A stretch of DNA of 63,996 nucleotides, the filler included, from Guillardia theta CCMP2712 (lineage: Eukaryota; Protista; Cryptophyta), in NCBI RefSeq assembly GCF_000315625.1. It is 7 parts of 7 records of this genome, joined end to end, with 100 filler letters (N's around TTAATTAATTAA, not from the genome) between each part and the next. Parts side by side here need not be neighbours in the genome. Positions count along the whole stretch, not along the records: positions 33,474 to 54,907 come from NW_005434547.1; 6 more parts are not named here. One strand, written 5' to 3'. Below the pieces are notes generated by a model. That model searched no databases and was not told where the DNA came from. It saw nothing but the letters and a program-made list of their open reading frames with translations. A program made the position numbers and the translations under genes. Position 1 is the stretch's first letter. Each line of letters starts with the position of its first letter. Shown one piece after another: positions 34,104 to 43,777 of the stretch.

Positions 34104-35444
34104 AAAATGCAATAAAGTGTAAATGTGATGAGATGGATGATATAGAATCAGATGGGATGGAATGATATGGGAAGAGATGGGACAAGACGAGTTGCACAGC
34201 AATCAATCCAGTAACAATGTTCTTTATCTGCTTCTTTGTTTTCGCTGCTTCCTACGATAGAAAGATTTTGATAAGAAGTGCTTTGAAGGAAGTACGATTA
34301 CAAGAAATGGCATCAACCGATTGAACTTGACTCTGTCAGTGAAATGATGAGATCATGTCTCTTCCGAGTGTGTACCGTACCCGGTGACCGCGAGGCTCCG
34401 AAGCCTAGAACCGTAGTACACAGGGCGCGGTTCTTATGATGGGCCCGGCCTGTAAGTCGCGCAGGCTAAGTTCCAACGCCGGCCCGGTACCGGGCCCGCC
34501 GGGGCGGACTTGGGCCTGGCGCGGCCGGCCCCCGACCCTAGTAGTACACAGGCACCGTCCGTGCCACGGTGACTCTGACTGGCACGGCCCCCGTTGAACC
34601 GTTGAACGGCGCGGCCGGGCGGTACGGTCGGCTCGGCGAGTCCGACGGTCCAGGCCCTCCTGGCACTGCAGCGGCACTGCCGCGCGGCAAGCGGCGGCCC
34701 GCCACCGTGGACGGTGCCACCGTGATCGGACCGTCACGGCGGCGGCACGCCACCGTGGACGGTGCCACCGTGATCGGACCGTCACGGCGGCGGCACGCCA
34801 CCGTGCCACGCCGTGCAGCAGGCTGCCGCGGGGCCCGGCCCTGCCGCCCTGGCATCCCCGCGATCATCGCCGGATCATCCTGATCAGATCCGATGATCCG
34901 GGACCGTACGCCGAATCCGGCCCGGCCGGCAACTTGCCTTGAGACAGTACTAAGCGGCTGTTACGCCTGAGCGGCCTCCGACGATGACACTGCCATGACT
35001 CGGAGTGTCACGGCGACACCGTGTGACACGGCCCGGCCTGCCACCGGACGTCCACTCAGTGACTGTCATGACGGTCCGACCATGATTCAGACCGGGCCGT
35101 CACGGCCCGGTACGGCCCGGAAGTTCCTCAGTATGCCATCATCCGAGCCTGAGCCGCCGCCCCGCGAAAAACTTCTGGGCCGCAACTTGGCAACGCGGCG
35201 GCTATGGCGGCCGCGCCCACGGTCCGACTCGCCCGCCCGGCCCGGCGGGCGCCGCCCGGCGGCGCCCCCCCGGCAGTCTCAGTGGCAGAGACAGCCGCTC
35301 CGACTTCCGAGGCCGGCGGGAGTCCGGGCCGCCGCCGGGCAACCGGTGATGGCCGGCGGGCCCCGGGGCACCGTGCCGCGCGGCTGCGGGGCCCGGCCCT
35401 CAGCATTAGTCCACACGGGGGCCGAGGCAGGCTTGCGCATCAGG

Positions 35445-38240
35445 ATGGACCATGTCCTGTTCATCCATCGCAGTGTCAGGTGAGAGAAGAGGAGAAGGGA
35501 GGAGAGGAGAGGAGAGGAGAGGAGAGGAGAGGAGAGGAGAGGAGAGGAGAGGAGAGGAGAGGAGAGGAGAGGAGAGGAGGGATGAGGGGAGAAACGGACA
35601 GGGCACGAGACAAGAGGAGAGGGTAGGACAGGAGAGAAGAGATGAGGTAGGGAGGGGAGACGAGAGAAGAAGTAGAGGGATGAAAAGATGCTCTCTCCCA
35701 ACTGAGGGAGGGCAGTGAAGGGGAGGGAGAGGCAGGTGAAGAAATAAGGAGAGGAGAGAGGAGAAGGAGGAGAAGCGTTGAGGTAGAGAGGGGAGGAGGG
35801 AGGAGGGAGGAGGGAGGAGGGAGGAGGGGAGAGGAGAGAGGAGAAGGAGGAGAAGCGTTGAAGTAGAGAGGGGAGCCCATGGTTGGGTATGAGGGAGAGG
35901 ATGTGTAGTCGGAATAGGAGCGAGGGCATTGAGGTTGAGAGGAGAGGGATGAAAGAGAAGAAAGGAGGATGCGTCCAGGCAAGGGAAGAGGAGAAGCGAG
36001 GGAGAGAGCGATGAAGGAAGAGGGGCGGAGGTTTGAATCAGAAAGGGAATGCAGGTCAGTTGAAGGGATCCAGGCAGGGAGTCTGTAAGGATGGGGGGCT
36101 GAAGGCAGATGAGAAGGGAGGTAGAGGAAGATAATATTTGATCAAACCCCCTGAGTTCTCCTTGCTCAGTGTCTATCGGATTCCTCCTAGAGACTCCAAC
36201 AGAAGCTTGAGGTGAAAAGATGCTTTTGTTCTTCCTTTCCTGTGCATTCGGTTGTCCTCATGGTATCATCGCCGCCTCCCAATCCTTGTTCTACCACGTC
36301 CTCGTCCCCGTCCTTGTCCCTGTTCTCGTCCTTGCCCATTTGTTCCTCCTCCTCTGAAAGTTGTAATTGTAATCCTTTTCCTGAAAGTTGTAATTGTAAT
36401 CCTTTTCCTGACATTGCTCCGTTTTCTCCTTCACCTCCATCTCCATCCTCATTTCCATCTCCATCTCCATCTTCATCTTCATCTCCATCTCCATCTCCAT
36501 CTTCATCTCCATCTTCATTTCCATCTTCATTTCCATCTCCATCTCCATCTTCATCTTCATCTCCATCTTCATCTCCGTCTGCATCCTCATCTTCATCTTG
36601 ATCTTCATCTTCATCTCCATCTCCATCTTCATCTTCATCTCGATCTTCATCTTCATCTTCATCTCGATCTTCATCTTCATCTTCATCTCCATCTTCATCT
36701 TCATCTCGATCTTCATCTTCATCTTCATCTCGATCTCCAACTCCAACTCCATCCTCATCTCGATCCTCATCTTCATCTCGATNNNNNNNNNNNNNNNNNN
36801 NNNNNNNNNNNNNNNNNNNNNNNNNNNNNNNNNNNNNNNNNNNNNNNNNNNNNNNNNNNNNNNNNNNNNNNNNNNNNNNNNNNNNNNNNNNNNNNNNNNN
36901 NNNNNNNNNNNNNNNNNNNNNNNNNNNNNNNNNNNNNNNNNNNNNNNNNNNNNNNNNNNNNNNNNNNNNNNNNNNNNNNNNNNNNNNNNNNNNNNNNNNN
37001 NNNNNNNNNNNNNNNNNNNNNNNNNNNNNNNNNNNNNNNNNNNNNNNNNNNNNNNNNNNNNNNNNNNNNNNNNNNNNNNNNNNNNNNNNNNNNNNNNNNN
37101 NNNNNNNNNNNNNNNNNNNNNNNNNNNNNNNNNNNNNNNNNNNNNNNNNNNNNNNNNNNNNNNNNNNNNNNNNNNNNNNNNNNNNNNNNNNNNNNNNNNN
37201 NNNNNNNNNNNNNNNNNNNNNNNNNNNNNNNNNNNNNNNNNNNNNNNNNNNNNNNNNNNNNNNNNNNNNNNNNNNNNNNNNNNNNNNNNNNNTACCATCA
37301 CCGCCTCCTCGTTCATCTCCTCCTCCACCACCACTTCCTCCTCCTCTTCCTCCTCCACCTGCTCCTACCCCCCCCGCCTTCCTTTGCCGCAGCCTCAGGC
37401 CCCATGCAGGCATATCCAAGTCATCAGCTCTGACTGAGCCCTTGGCCGCCTTGTCTCTTGACCCCCCTCAGGCTGGTAGGTCTTGCTGGTGACCAGGCAT
37501 GATGGCTGACTCGGGGGCCAGGAACTTCCAAGAGGAGGATGCAGATGCAGGTGGCAAGTGGAGCGCAAGGGCCTGCAGAGCGTCAAGCATCGGAAGGTGG
37601 TGGAAGAGAGAGTGAGGAGAGGAGTCGAGGGATGGGGAGAGGAGAGAGAGAGAGGGGAGGAGTCGAGGGATGGGGAGAGGAAGGAGAAAGGGAGGGAGGG
37701 AGGGAGGGAGGGAGGGAGGGAGGGAGGGAGGGAGGGAGAAAGACAGAGAGAGAGAGAGGAAGTGTTATCTCCTGACGTGGAGAGTCAGGAGGAGATGTCC
37801 CCCCGGCACAAGCGAGTTCGAGGTCCGCTGGTCCGCACATGATCATCTGCCTCGCTGTGACGAGCTCCTGCAGCGACCAGTGGGAGGCAGACTTCAGCGA
37901 GTTTGAGGGAAATTTTGCAAAGGAGGAGGAGAATAGGCAGAGGGAGGTTCAAGGTGCTAGCAGGGGCAGCGCGAGCGATGCGGCAGGGGATGGGAGTGAC
38001 TTTGGAGACTTTGGGGATTTCAGTGCTTTCAAGGTGAGCTGACAACTTTTTTCTACATCATATTCTTGTCCCGTGTGCATGTTTGAAAGACGGTCATGAT
38101 CAGGATCAAGGCTCTTCAACGCAGTGAAACAGCAGCACGGAAGGGAAGAGAAATCGCAGCAGTGCTGGCAGGTATACTGTCCTTGGTCGAGCCGGAAACC
38201 TCCCTGGAAATGTGTGGAAAGAAGAAGAAATTAGTCTAGG
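35445..38240 (+). CDS. NECAP: NECAP-like adaptin-ear-binding protein (small exons, partly in a gap; 3' end approximate)
   Basis: Exon 1 35445-35479 plus exon 2 36170-36211 splice to [25 protein letters not shown], matching the NECAP VYRIPPR signature. A downstream exon carries W..DF and DFGDFGDFSAF adaptor-binding-type motifs (37873-38033). Confidence 0.6.
36430..36782. repeat. (CATCTT/CATCTC)n hexamer repeat, probably intronic
   Basis: Directly visible; lies between NECAP-like exons. Confidence 0.85.
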
Positions 38241-38606
38241 AGAGAGGGAGCAAGCTGACAACTAATCAGCTCATGGGAATGTTGCTGTTTGACGCATCAA
38301 GCACAACAACTACTGCTAGATATCAAGCCTCAAGGCAAGGAAGTGAAAGGAGACGGCGTTACAGGTTACAGGCGTGTAGATTTATTACAAATCACAACCT
38401 CACTTCGGGTACTCGGACTTTCTCTGGAAAATTGTTGCTGTGCAAGATACCCGAGGAAAAACATTGATCTGCTTTAAGAGGCCGAAAACAATTATGCTCA
38501 TCAATATGATGGTAACTTTGATGACATTTGATGCCTTCATGACGTCATTCCGAGCTTGTTGAAACCGTGTCTTCAATGACGCCTTTCTTCTTCTTGCCCA
38601 GGCCAT

Positions 38607-39131
38607 TCAGTTATCAATCACTGCCTCTGTCCCTTCAACGTGCGCTAGACTCTCCTCCAGTAGCTCCCCCCACTCCCTCCTCCTTCTCCCTCCTTGTCCT
38701 CGCTTCTCCTCTCCTACGCTCCTCCCCCTCTGCTCTCCCTCTGCTCCCCTGCTCGCTTCGACGCGGTCGCCTTCGTACCCGTCGCGCTCCTCTGGAGTCC
38801 GCAGCGTAGCAACGTGGTCCTCCCGCTGCCCCCTGATCGCTTCCTTGGTCTCGGGGGAAGCCGAGGCTCTCGAGTACGGCCAGCTGCCGAGCCCGAGCTT
38901 CCTGCAGGCGTTCTTGATGGCAGTGAGAGAGATCCCGAGGGAGCGGGCGGCGTCAGTCTGCCTATGGGAGCGCTGGAGGGCCAAGAGAAGATGGCGGTCG
39001 AGGCGGACGGAAGAGCGAGGGGGTTTGGAGGCGTTAGCGCGCCGACGGCAGAAGACGAGGACTGCGGCGTCGTGATCCAGGTTGTCAATGCCATGGTGCT
39101 GCCACGACTGTTCAGGATATGAGTCAATCAT
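38607..39131 (-). CDS. RWP-RK domain transcription factor, copy A
   Basis: HRQTDAARSLGISLTAIKNACRKLGLGSWPY. Confidence 0.85.
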   Translation of the reverse strand: MIDSYPEQSWQHHGIDNLDHDAAVLVFCRRRANASKPPRSSVRLDRHLLLALQRSHRQTDAARSLGISLTAIKNACRKLGLGSWPYSRASASPETKEAIRGQREDHVATLRTPEERDGYEGDRVEASRGAEGEQRGRSVGEEKRGQGGRRRREWGELLEESLAHVEGTEAVIDN

Positions 39132-39270
39132 GGTTGTTGCTGCTTTCCTGCTGCTTTCTGCCGCTCCTCCCGCTCCTGTTGCGGCGAGGAAGCTATGACC
39201 AGGTCCTAGCAGGCGGGTACCTCAAGCGGAACTGTCTAGGCTTGTGACTGTGAGGGAGACTTTTAAAGAC

Positions 39271-39354
39271 CAAATTCAATTTCGCAAATCAGAATGAAAT
39301 TGAATTTGCTTAGGCCAAATTCAATTTCGCAAATCAGAATGAAATTGAATTTTG
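39271..39354. repeat. Two tandem 13-12-13 palindromic sites (45-bp period)
   Basis: CAAATTCAATTTC-GCAAATCAGAAT-GAAATTGAATTTG at 39271-39308, and again at 39316-39354 with one extra T. Confidence 0.9.
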
Positions 39355-39583
39355 CCTGCGTTATAATAAAAAAAGTCTCCCCTGACTGGAGTCCGTGGAC
39401 CAGCAAGAGATCTCGAGGTTGATATCTTTTCTCCAACAGGCGTACGGTACCATAATGTTTAGTCAATCTGTGAGAGCCTCCCACTCTTGGGGGTCAACAA
39501 TGTTTTATTCGAGATATGTAGTAAAATAAAAAAAAAATTAGAAGGCTACTCCCCCTCTCCCTCATTGGCGCCCTCCAACTCAC

Positions 39584-40066
39584 ATGCAGCCATCGGATCA
39601 CGACGCCGCAGTCCTCGTCTTCTGCCGTCAGCGCGCTCACGCCTCCAAGCCCCCTCGCTCCTCCGTCCGCCTCGACCGCCATCTTCTCTTGGCCCTCCAG
39701 CGCTCCCATAGGCAGACCGACGCTGCCCGCGCCCTCGGGATCTCTCTCACTGCCATCAAGAACGCCTGCAGGAAGCTCGGGCTCGGCAGCTGGCCGTACT
39801 CGAGAGCCTCGGCTACCCCCGAGACCAAGGAGGCGATCAGGGGGCAGCGGGAGGACCACGTTGCTACGCTGCGGACTCCAGAGGAGCGCGACGGGGACGA
39901 AGGCGACCGCGTCGAACCGAACAGGCGAGCAGGGGGAGAGCAGAGGGGGAGGAGCGTAGGAGAGGAGAAGCGAGGACAAGGAGGGAGGATGAGGAGGGAG
40001 TGGGGGGAGCTACTGGAGGAGAGTCTAGCGCACGTTGAAGGGACAGAGGCAGTGATTGATAACTGA
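39584..40066 (+). CDS. RWP-RK domain transcription factor, copy B (new short N-terminus)
   Basis: HRQTDAARALGISLTAIKNACRKLGLGSWPY; near-identical to copy A from DHDAAV onward. Confidence 0.78.
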   Translation: MQPSDHDAAVLVFCRQRAHASKPPRSSVRLDRHLLLALQRSHRQTDAARALGISLTAIKNACRKLGLGSWPYSRASATPETKEAIRGQREDHVATLRTPEERDGDEGDRVEPNRRAGGEQRGRSVGEEKRGQGGRMRREWGELLEESLAHVEGTEAVIDN

Positions 40067-40657
40067 ATGCCCTGGGCAAGAAGAGGAAGGGCGTCATTGA
40101 AGACATGGTTCCAACATGCTCGGAATGACGTCATGGGGGCATCAAATTTGACATGTCAAGTTACCATCATATTGATGAGCATAATTGTTTTCGGTCGCTT
40201 AAAGCAGATCAATGTTTTTCTCGGGTATCTTGCACAGCAACAATTTTCCAGAGAACGTCCGAGTACCCGAAGTTAGGCTGTGATTTGTAATAAATCTACA
40301 CGCCTGTAACCTGTAACGTCGTCTCCTTTCACTTCCTTGCTTTGAGATTTGATATCTAGCAGTAGTTGTTGTGCTTGATGCGTCAAACAGCAACATTCCC
40401 ATGAGCTGATTAGTTGCCTCACACCCCTAGACTAATTTCTTCTTCTTTCCACACATTTCCAGGGAGGTTTCCGGCTCGACCAAGGACAGTATACCTGCCT
40501 TGTTGCTGATAGGATATGTTATCTCTGGGTCGTGATCAATTATATCATTGATCACCCTTGCCTTGACCTGCTGCTCGTGCTTGGTCAAGTTCGTCGTGTC
40601 TCAACAACACACTCTTACGAGAGCAATGCACACACAAGGCATCTCATCAATCGCCCT

Positions 40658-41185
40658 TCACTCACGTGTTGCTGATATGTTGAGTTTAGCATTTCGCTTC
40701 AATCTCCCTTCTGACACGGATAGTAACCCAGAGACATGGAGCAAGCCTTCGTCCATCAGCTCCTGCATCCTCATTTCCATCCAGTCTCGCCCCCTGCTCT
40801 CCGATTCATTCACTCCTTCATCTTCTTTTGACAAGTCGGAGTTGTTGTCACTGCTTCTCTCAGCCTTTCGAGCAGCCTGCACATGCTCTCCTCCACGATT
40901 GTAAGGCCATTTGTTGATTCCAATTCTGCGGCAGGCAACTTTAAGGGAAGAGAGCGAGAGCCCGAGGCGTCGAGCAGCGTCGGTCTGTCGCAAGTGGAAG
41001 AGGGACACGATTGCGTTCTGATCGAGGTCGACAGGACTAGGAGGGTTGAGGGTTGAGGAGCCATCGCGTGGGCGGGGCTGTACGATGACGCGAAGAGGAC
41101 GCTCATGGTGCATGGCGGCGCGGGACCAAAAACACTTTTTTATTGGTTGTTTTCCGACATGAAGCGTTGCGTTTTGAAGATCCAA
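40658..41185 (-). CDS. RWP-RK domain transcription factor, divergent paralog (likely ATG ~41116)
   Basis: LFHLRQTDAARRLGLSLSSLKVACRRIGINKWPY; the C-terminal W.E....ELMDEGLLHV is shared with copies A and B. Confidence 0.85.
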   Translation of the reverse strand: MDLQNATLHVGKQPIKKCFWSRAAMHHERPLRVIVQPRPRDGSSTLNPPSPVDLDQNAIVSLFHLRQTDAARRLGLSLSSLKVACRRIGINKWPYNRGGEHVQAARKAERSSDNNSDLSKEDEGVNESESRGRDWMEMRMQELMDEGLLHVSGLLSVSEGRLKRNAKLNISATRE

Positions 41186-41298
41186 GACCGTTACAAGTCG
41201 TTTCGTTAGAGCCCTTTATCCTGAAGCGTTGCGGACCCGTTACACTTTTAGTTATCGGAGAAAGACTCTGAGGTGGACTTGGCTTGTGGCATGTTCGC

Positions 41299-41440
41299 AT
41301 GGCGGTCAAAGTGCTCTGTGAGATCGTTGAAGATGGTGAGAAGTGCCGGACGAAATGTTGATGACGATGATGATGATGATGATGATGATGATTGAGATGA
41401 CGATGATGATGATTGAGATGATGATGATGATGATGATTGA

Positions 41441-41508
<68 letters not shown>

Positions 41509-41528
41509 GGATGATGAGGATGAGGATG

Positions 41529-41559
<31 letters not shown>

Positions 41560-43313
41560 GGAGGAGGAGGAGGAGGACGACGACGACGACGACGATGACG
41601 ACGAAGACGACGACGACGACGACGATGATGATGTTTACGTGGATGATTCTGATGATATTGTGGAGGAGGAGAAAGTTGAAACTGATGTTTCAGTCCTGGG
41701 CATCAGTGGCGTGAAGGAGGATGATGATTTCTTCATGCTGGGTGGAGACTCACTTTCGTCCCTTGCGGTGGGTCATGTCAGCGCGGGAATGTCGTGAAAC
41801 TGATCGGAGCGTAGGTGGTTAAGGTGCTGGTTGAGTTAGGAGGAGACGATTGGCCGGCAGACGGGCTTGTTTCAGGACCATTGAGTCCAATGTGATGTGC
41901 TAGGAGGAGGTAGGAGAGAGGAGGCTGATTCATTTCCGCAGCTTTCTGCATGAGCATCGCGTGCTATCAGACTATGCCAGATTCCTGGAGGAAAGGGAGA
42001 TACCCAGGACATGGCAGCCCTGCTGCCTTTCGAAGTCTCTTTCTCTGTTCCCTCCGTGATGATAATAACGAGATGCAGACTGAAGAAGACTCGAAAAGAC
42101 GCGGAGGAGGAGCAGGAGGAGCAGGAGGAGCAGGAGGAGCAGGAGCAGGAGCATACGCTGGAGCAGGAGGAGGTGTGCAGGAAGGAAGAGGAGGAGCAGC
42201 AGCTGTTGAGGCGGGCAGCAGCGGCTGGGGACATCGAGGGTGTGAGGCATGTCGAGCTGCTGCTCCTTGGGCTGCTGGGGAGCAGCTGAACTTGAGGCAG
42301 GAGGCTGCTGGCGAGTAAAGTGCATCCCACGGTCGGGGAGGACAAGCTCGCCTCCGTGCATGCCGGGATATCAGCGCTGCACGTGGCCGCGAACGCAAGG
42401 AGACCGGAGATTGTTGCTGTACTCTAGAGCCTGCTCTCCTGTCTCATGCTGGGCGGCAGGTGGGGATGCTGCTGGAGGCGAGGGCCCAGCCCAACGCCAA
42501 GATGTTTTTCTACAAGAGGACCCCAGCCCACTGCGCGGCAGCTTCCGGTTGCCATGAGGTAGGAGAGGGAAGTTGCTGCCCACGTCACTGAGGAGGTGGA
42601 AGGCGCTGCGGCAGATCCTCGATAGAGGGGGAGCGGTGCGAGCGCGGGACAAGAGCAGACTGACGCTGCTGCATGACGCGGCGAGAGGAGGTAGAGGAAA
42701 ACCGTTTTCTTACCCTTCTCCCTACCCCCCTTCCTTCTCTTCCTTATTCCCGCCCTTGCCCCCGCTCCTCCTCCCTTTCCTCCCCTCTCCACCTCCCCCT
42801 CTCCTGGCTCCCCGCTCCTTTCTCTTCTCTTCTCCCCTCTCTCCCCTCCTGTGCTCACATGAGTTGAGATCAGGGGACGTCAAGTGCATTCAGATGCTGC
42901 TGGAAGCCTCGGCATTCGCTGACATGGAAGCGCGGGACAAGTGGGGGAGGACGCCGCTGCACTGGACGGTCCTGAATGGATCGAGTGAGGCTGCTCGGCT
43001 CCTCATTCAGCACGGAGCCGAGCTGGAACCCAGGCATCAGCCTCGGAGGATTCAGAGGAGGAGGACGAGCCTGGTGCAACCTCCGTCCCTGCGTGCGCTT
43101 GCGGTTGAGATGCATCCAGCCACCCATCCCATCCACAGCATCTTTGAGGAAGGGCACACGAGGAAGCTGGAGGCGAGGGAGGAAGGCGACAGTCCTGCAG
43201 GCGCCTCAGTTTCTGCTCAACGCTCGTGCTCTCCTCCGCCTCCTGCTCTTTCAGCCTTGGCTCCTGCCTCCTCCTCTCTTGCCCCTCCTCCTGTCCAGCC
43301 ACCTCCTACCTAA
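41299..43313 (+). CDS. Phosphopantetheine carrier (ACP/PCP) domain + ankyrin-repeat protein (multi-exon)
   Basis: Exon 1 41299-41335 plus exon 2 41694-41767 give MAVKVLCEIVEDVLGISGVKEDDDFFMLGGDSLSSLA. Later exons: ISALHVAAN, RTPAHCAAASG, TLLHDAARGG, RDKWGRTPLHWTVLNG. Confidence 0.7.
41358..41635. repeat. Intronic (GAT)n/(GAG)n/(GAC)n microsatellite
   Basis: Lies inside intron 41336-41693. Confidence 0.9.
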
Positions 43314-43777
43314 CTCAATCTCTGCTGAGGGAGGAAGGTACTTGCGGGGACAAGAGCATCGTAAGATGAAAGCACAGCAGAAGTAGGAGAAAGAAGAGGG
43401 TGGAGGGAGGCAGCAGCAAATTGCTAGAGGGGGAGGAAACAGTAGACCGAGCAAGGGAGCGGGGGTGTTGGAGTGTGGGAGTTGAAGTACTAGTGGTTAG
43501 AAGGATGCTAGTGCTGGGAATGAGATGCAACTCAGACAGGAATGAGACAGTTTGTTAAAACAATAAGAGGCATAAATACAGTTAGAATCCTTTCAGCCCA
43601 CCATCACATGCGAAACGCGTCCAGACAACCACAAGGGTTGACGAGCCGGCGGCTGCAACATAAGGCTGTACTTCATAGTGGTGAGAGACCTTCTCCCCTC
43701 AGTCAAGCCTGAGCTCGAGCAATTCGGAGGGATGAAACAATCAGTCAGGTCGGTGACAAGAGGAGGAGCTGACGTGA

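Larger units (their letters stand above)
38167..40499. repeat. Inverted duplication: arms 38167-39078 and 39595-40499, ~516-bp spacer
   Basis: Arms are reverse complements with scattered substitutions and indels (GGCAGGTATACTGTCC... / ...GGACAGTATACCTGCC). Confidence 0.93.

Noticed and set aside
34405-35483. Arg/Pro/Gly-rich ORFs in the GC tract (also 48479-49356)
   Set aside because: Expected by chance at very high GC; no domain motifs.
36187-37437. Long acidic (DE), (HL)n and (IF)n ORFs
   Set aside because: These are open frames through a hexamer repeat and an N gap, lying between NECAP-like exons.
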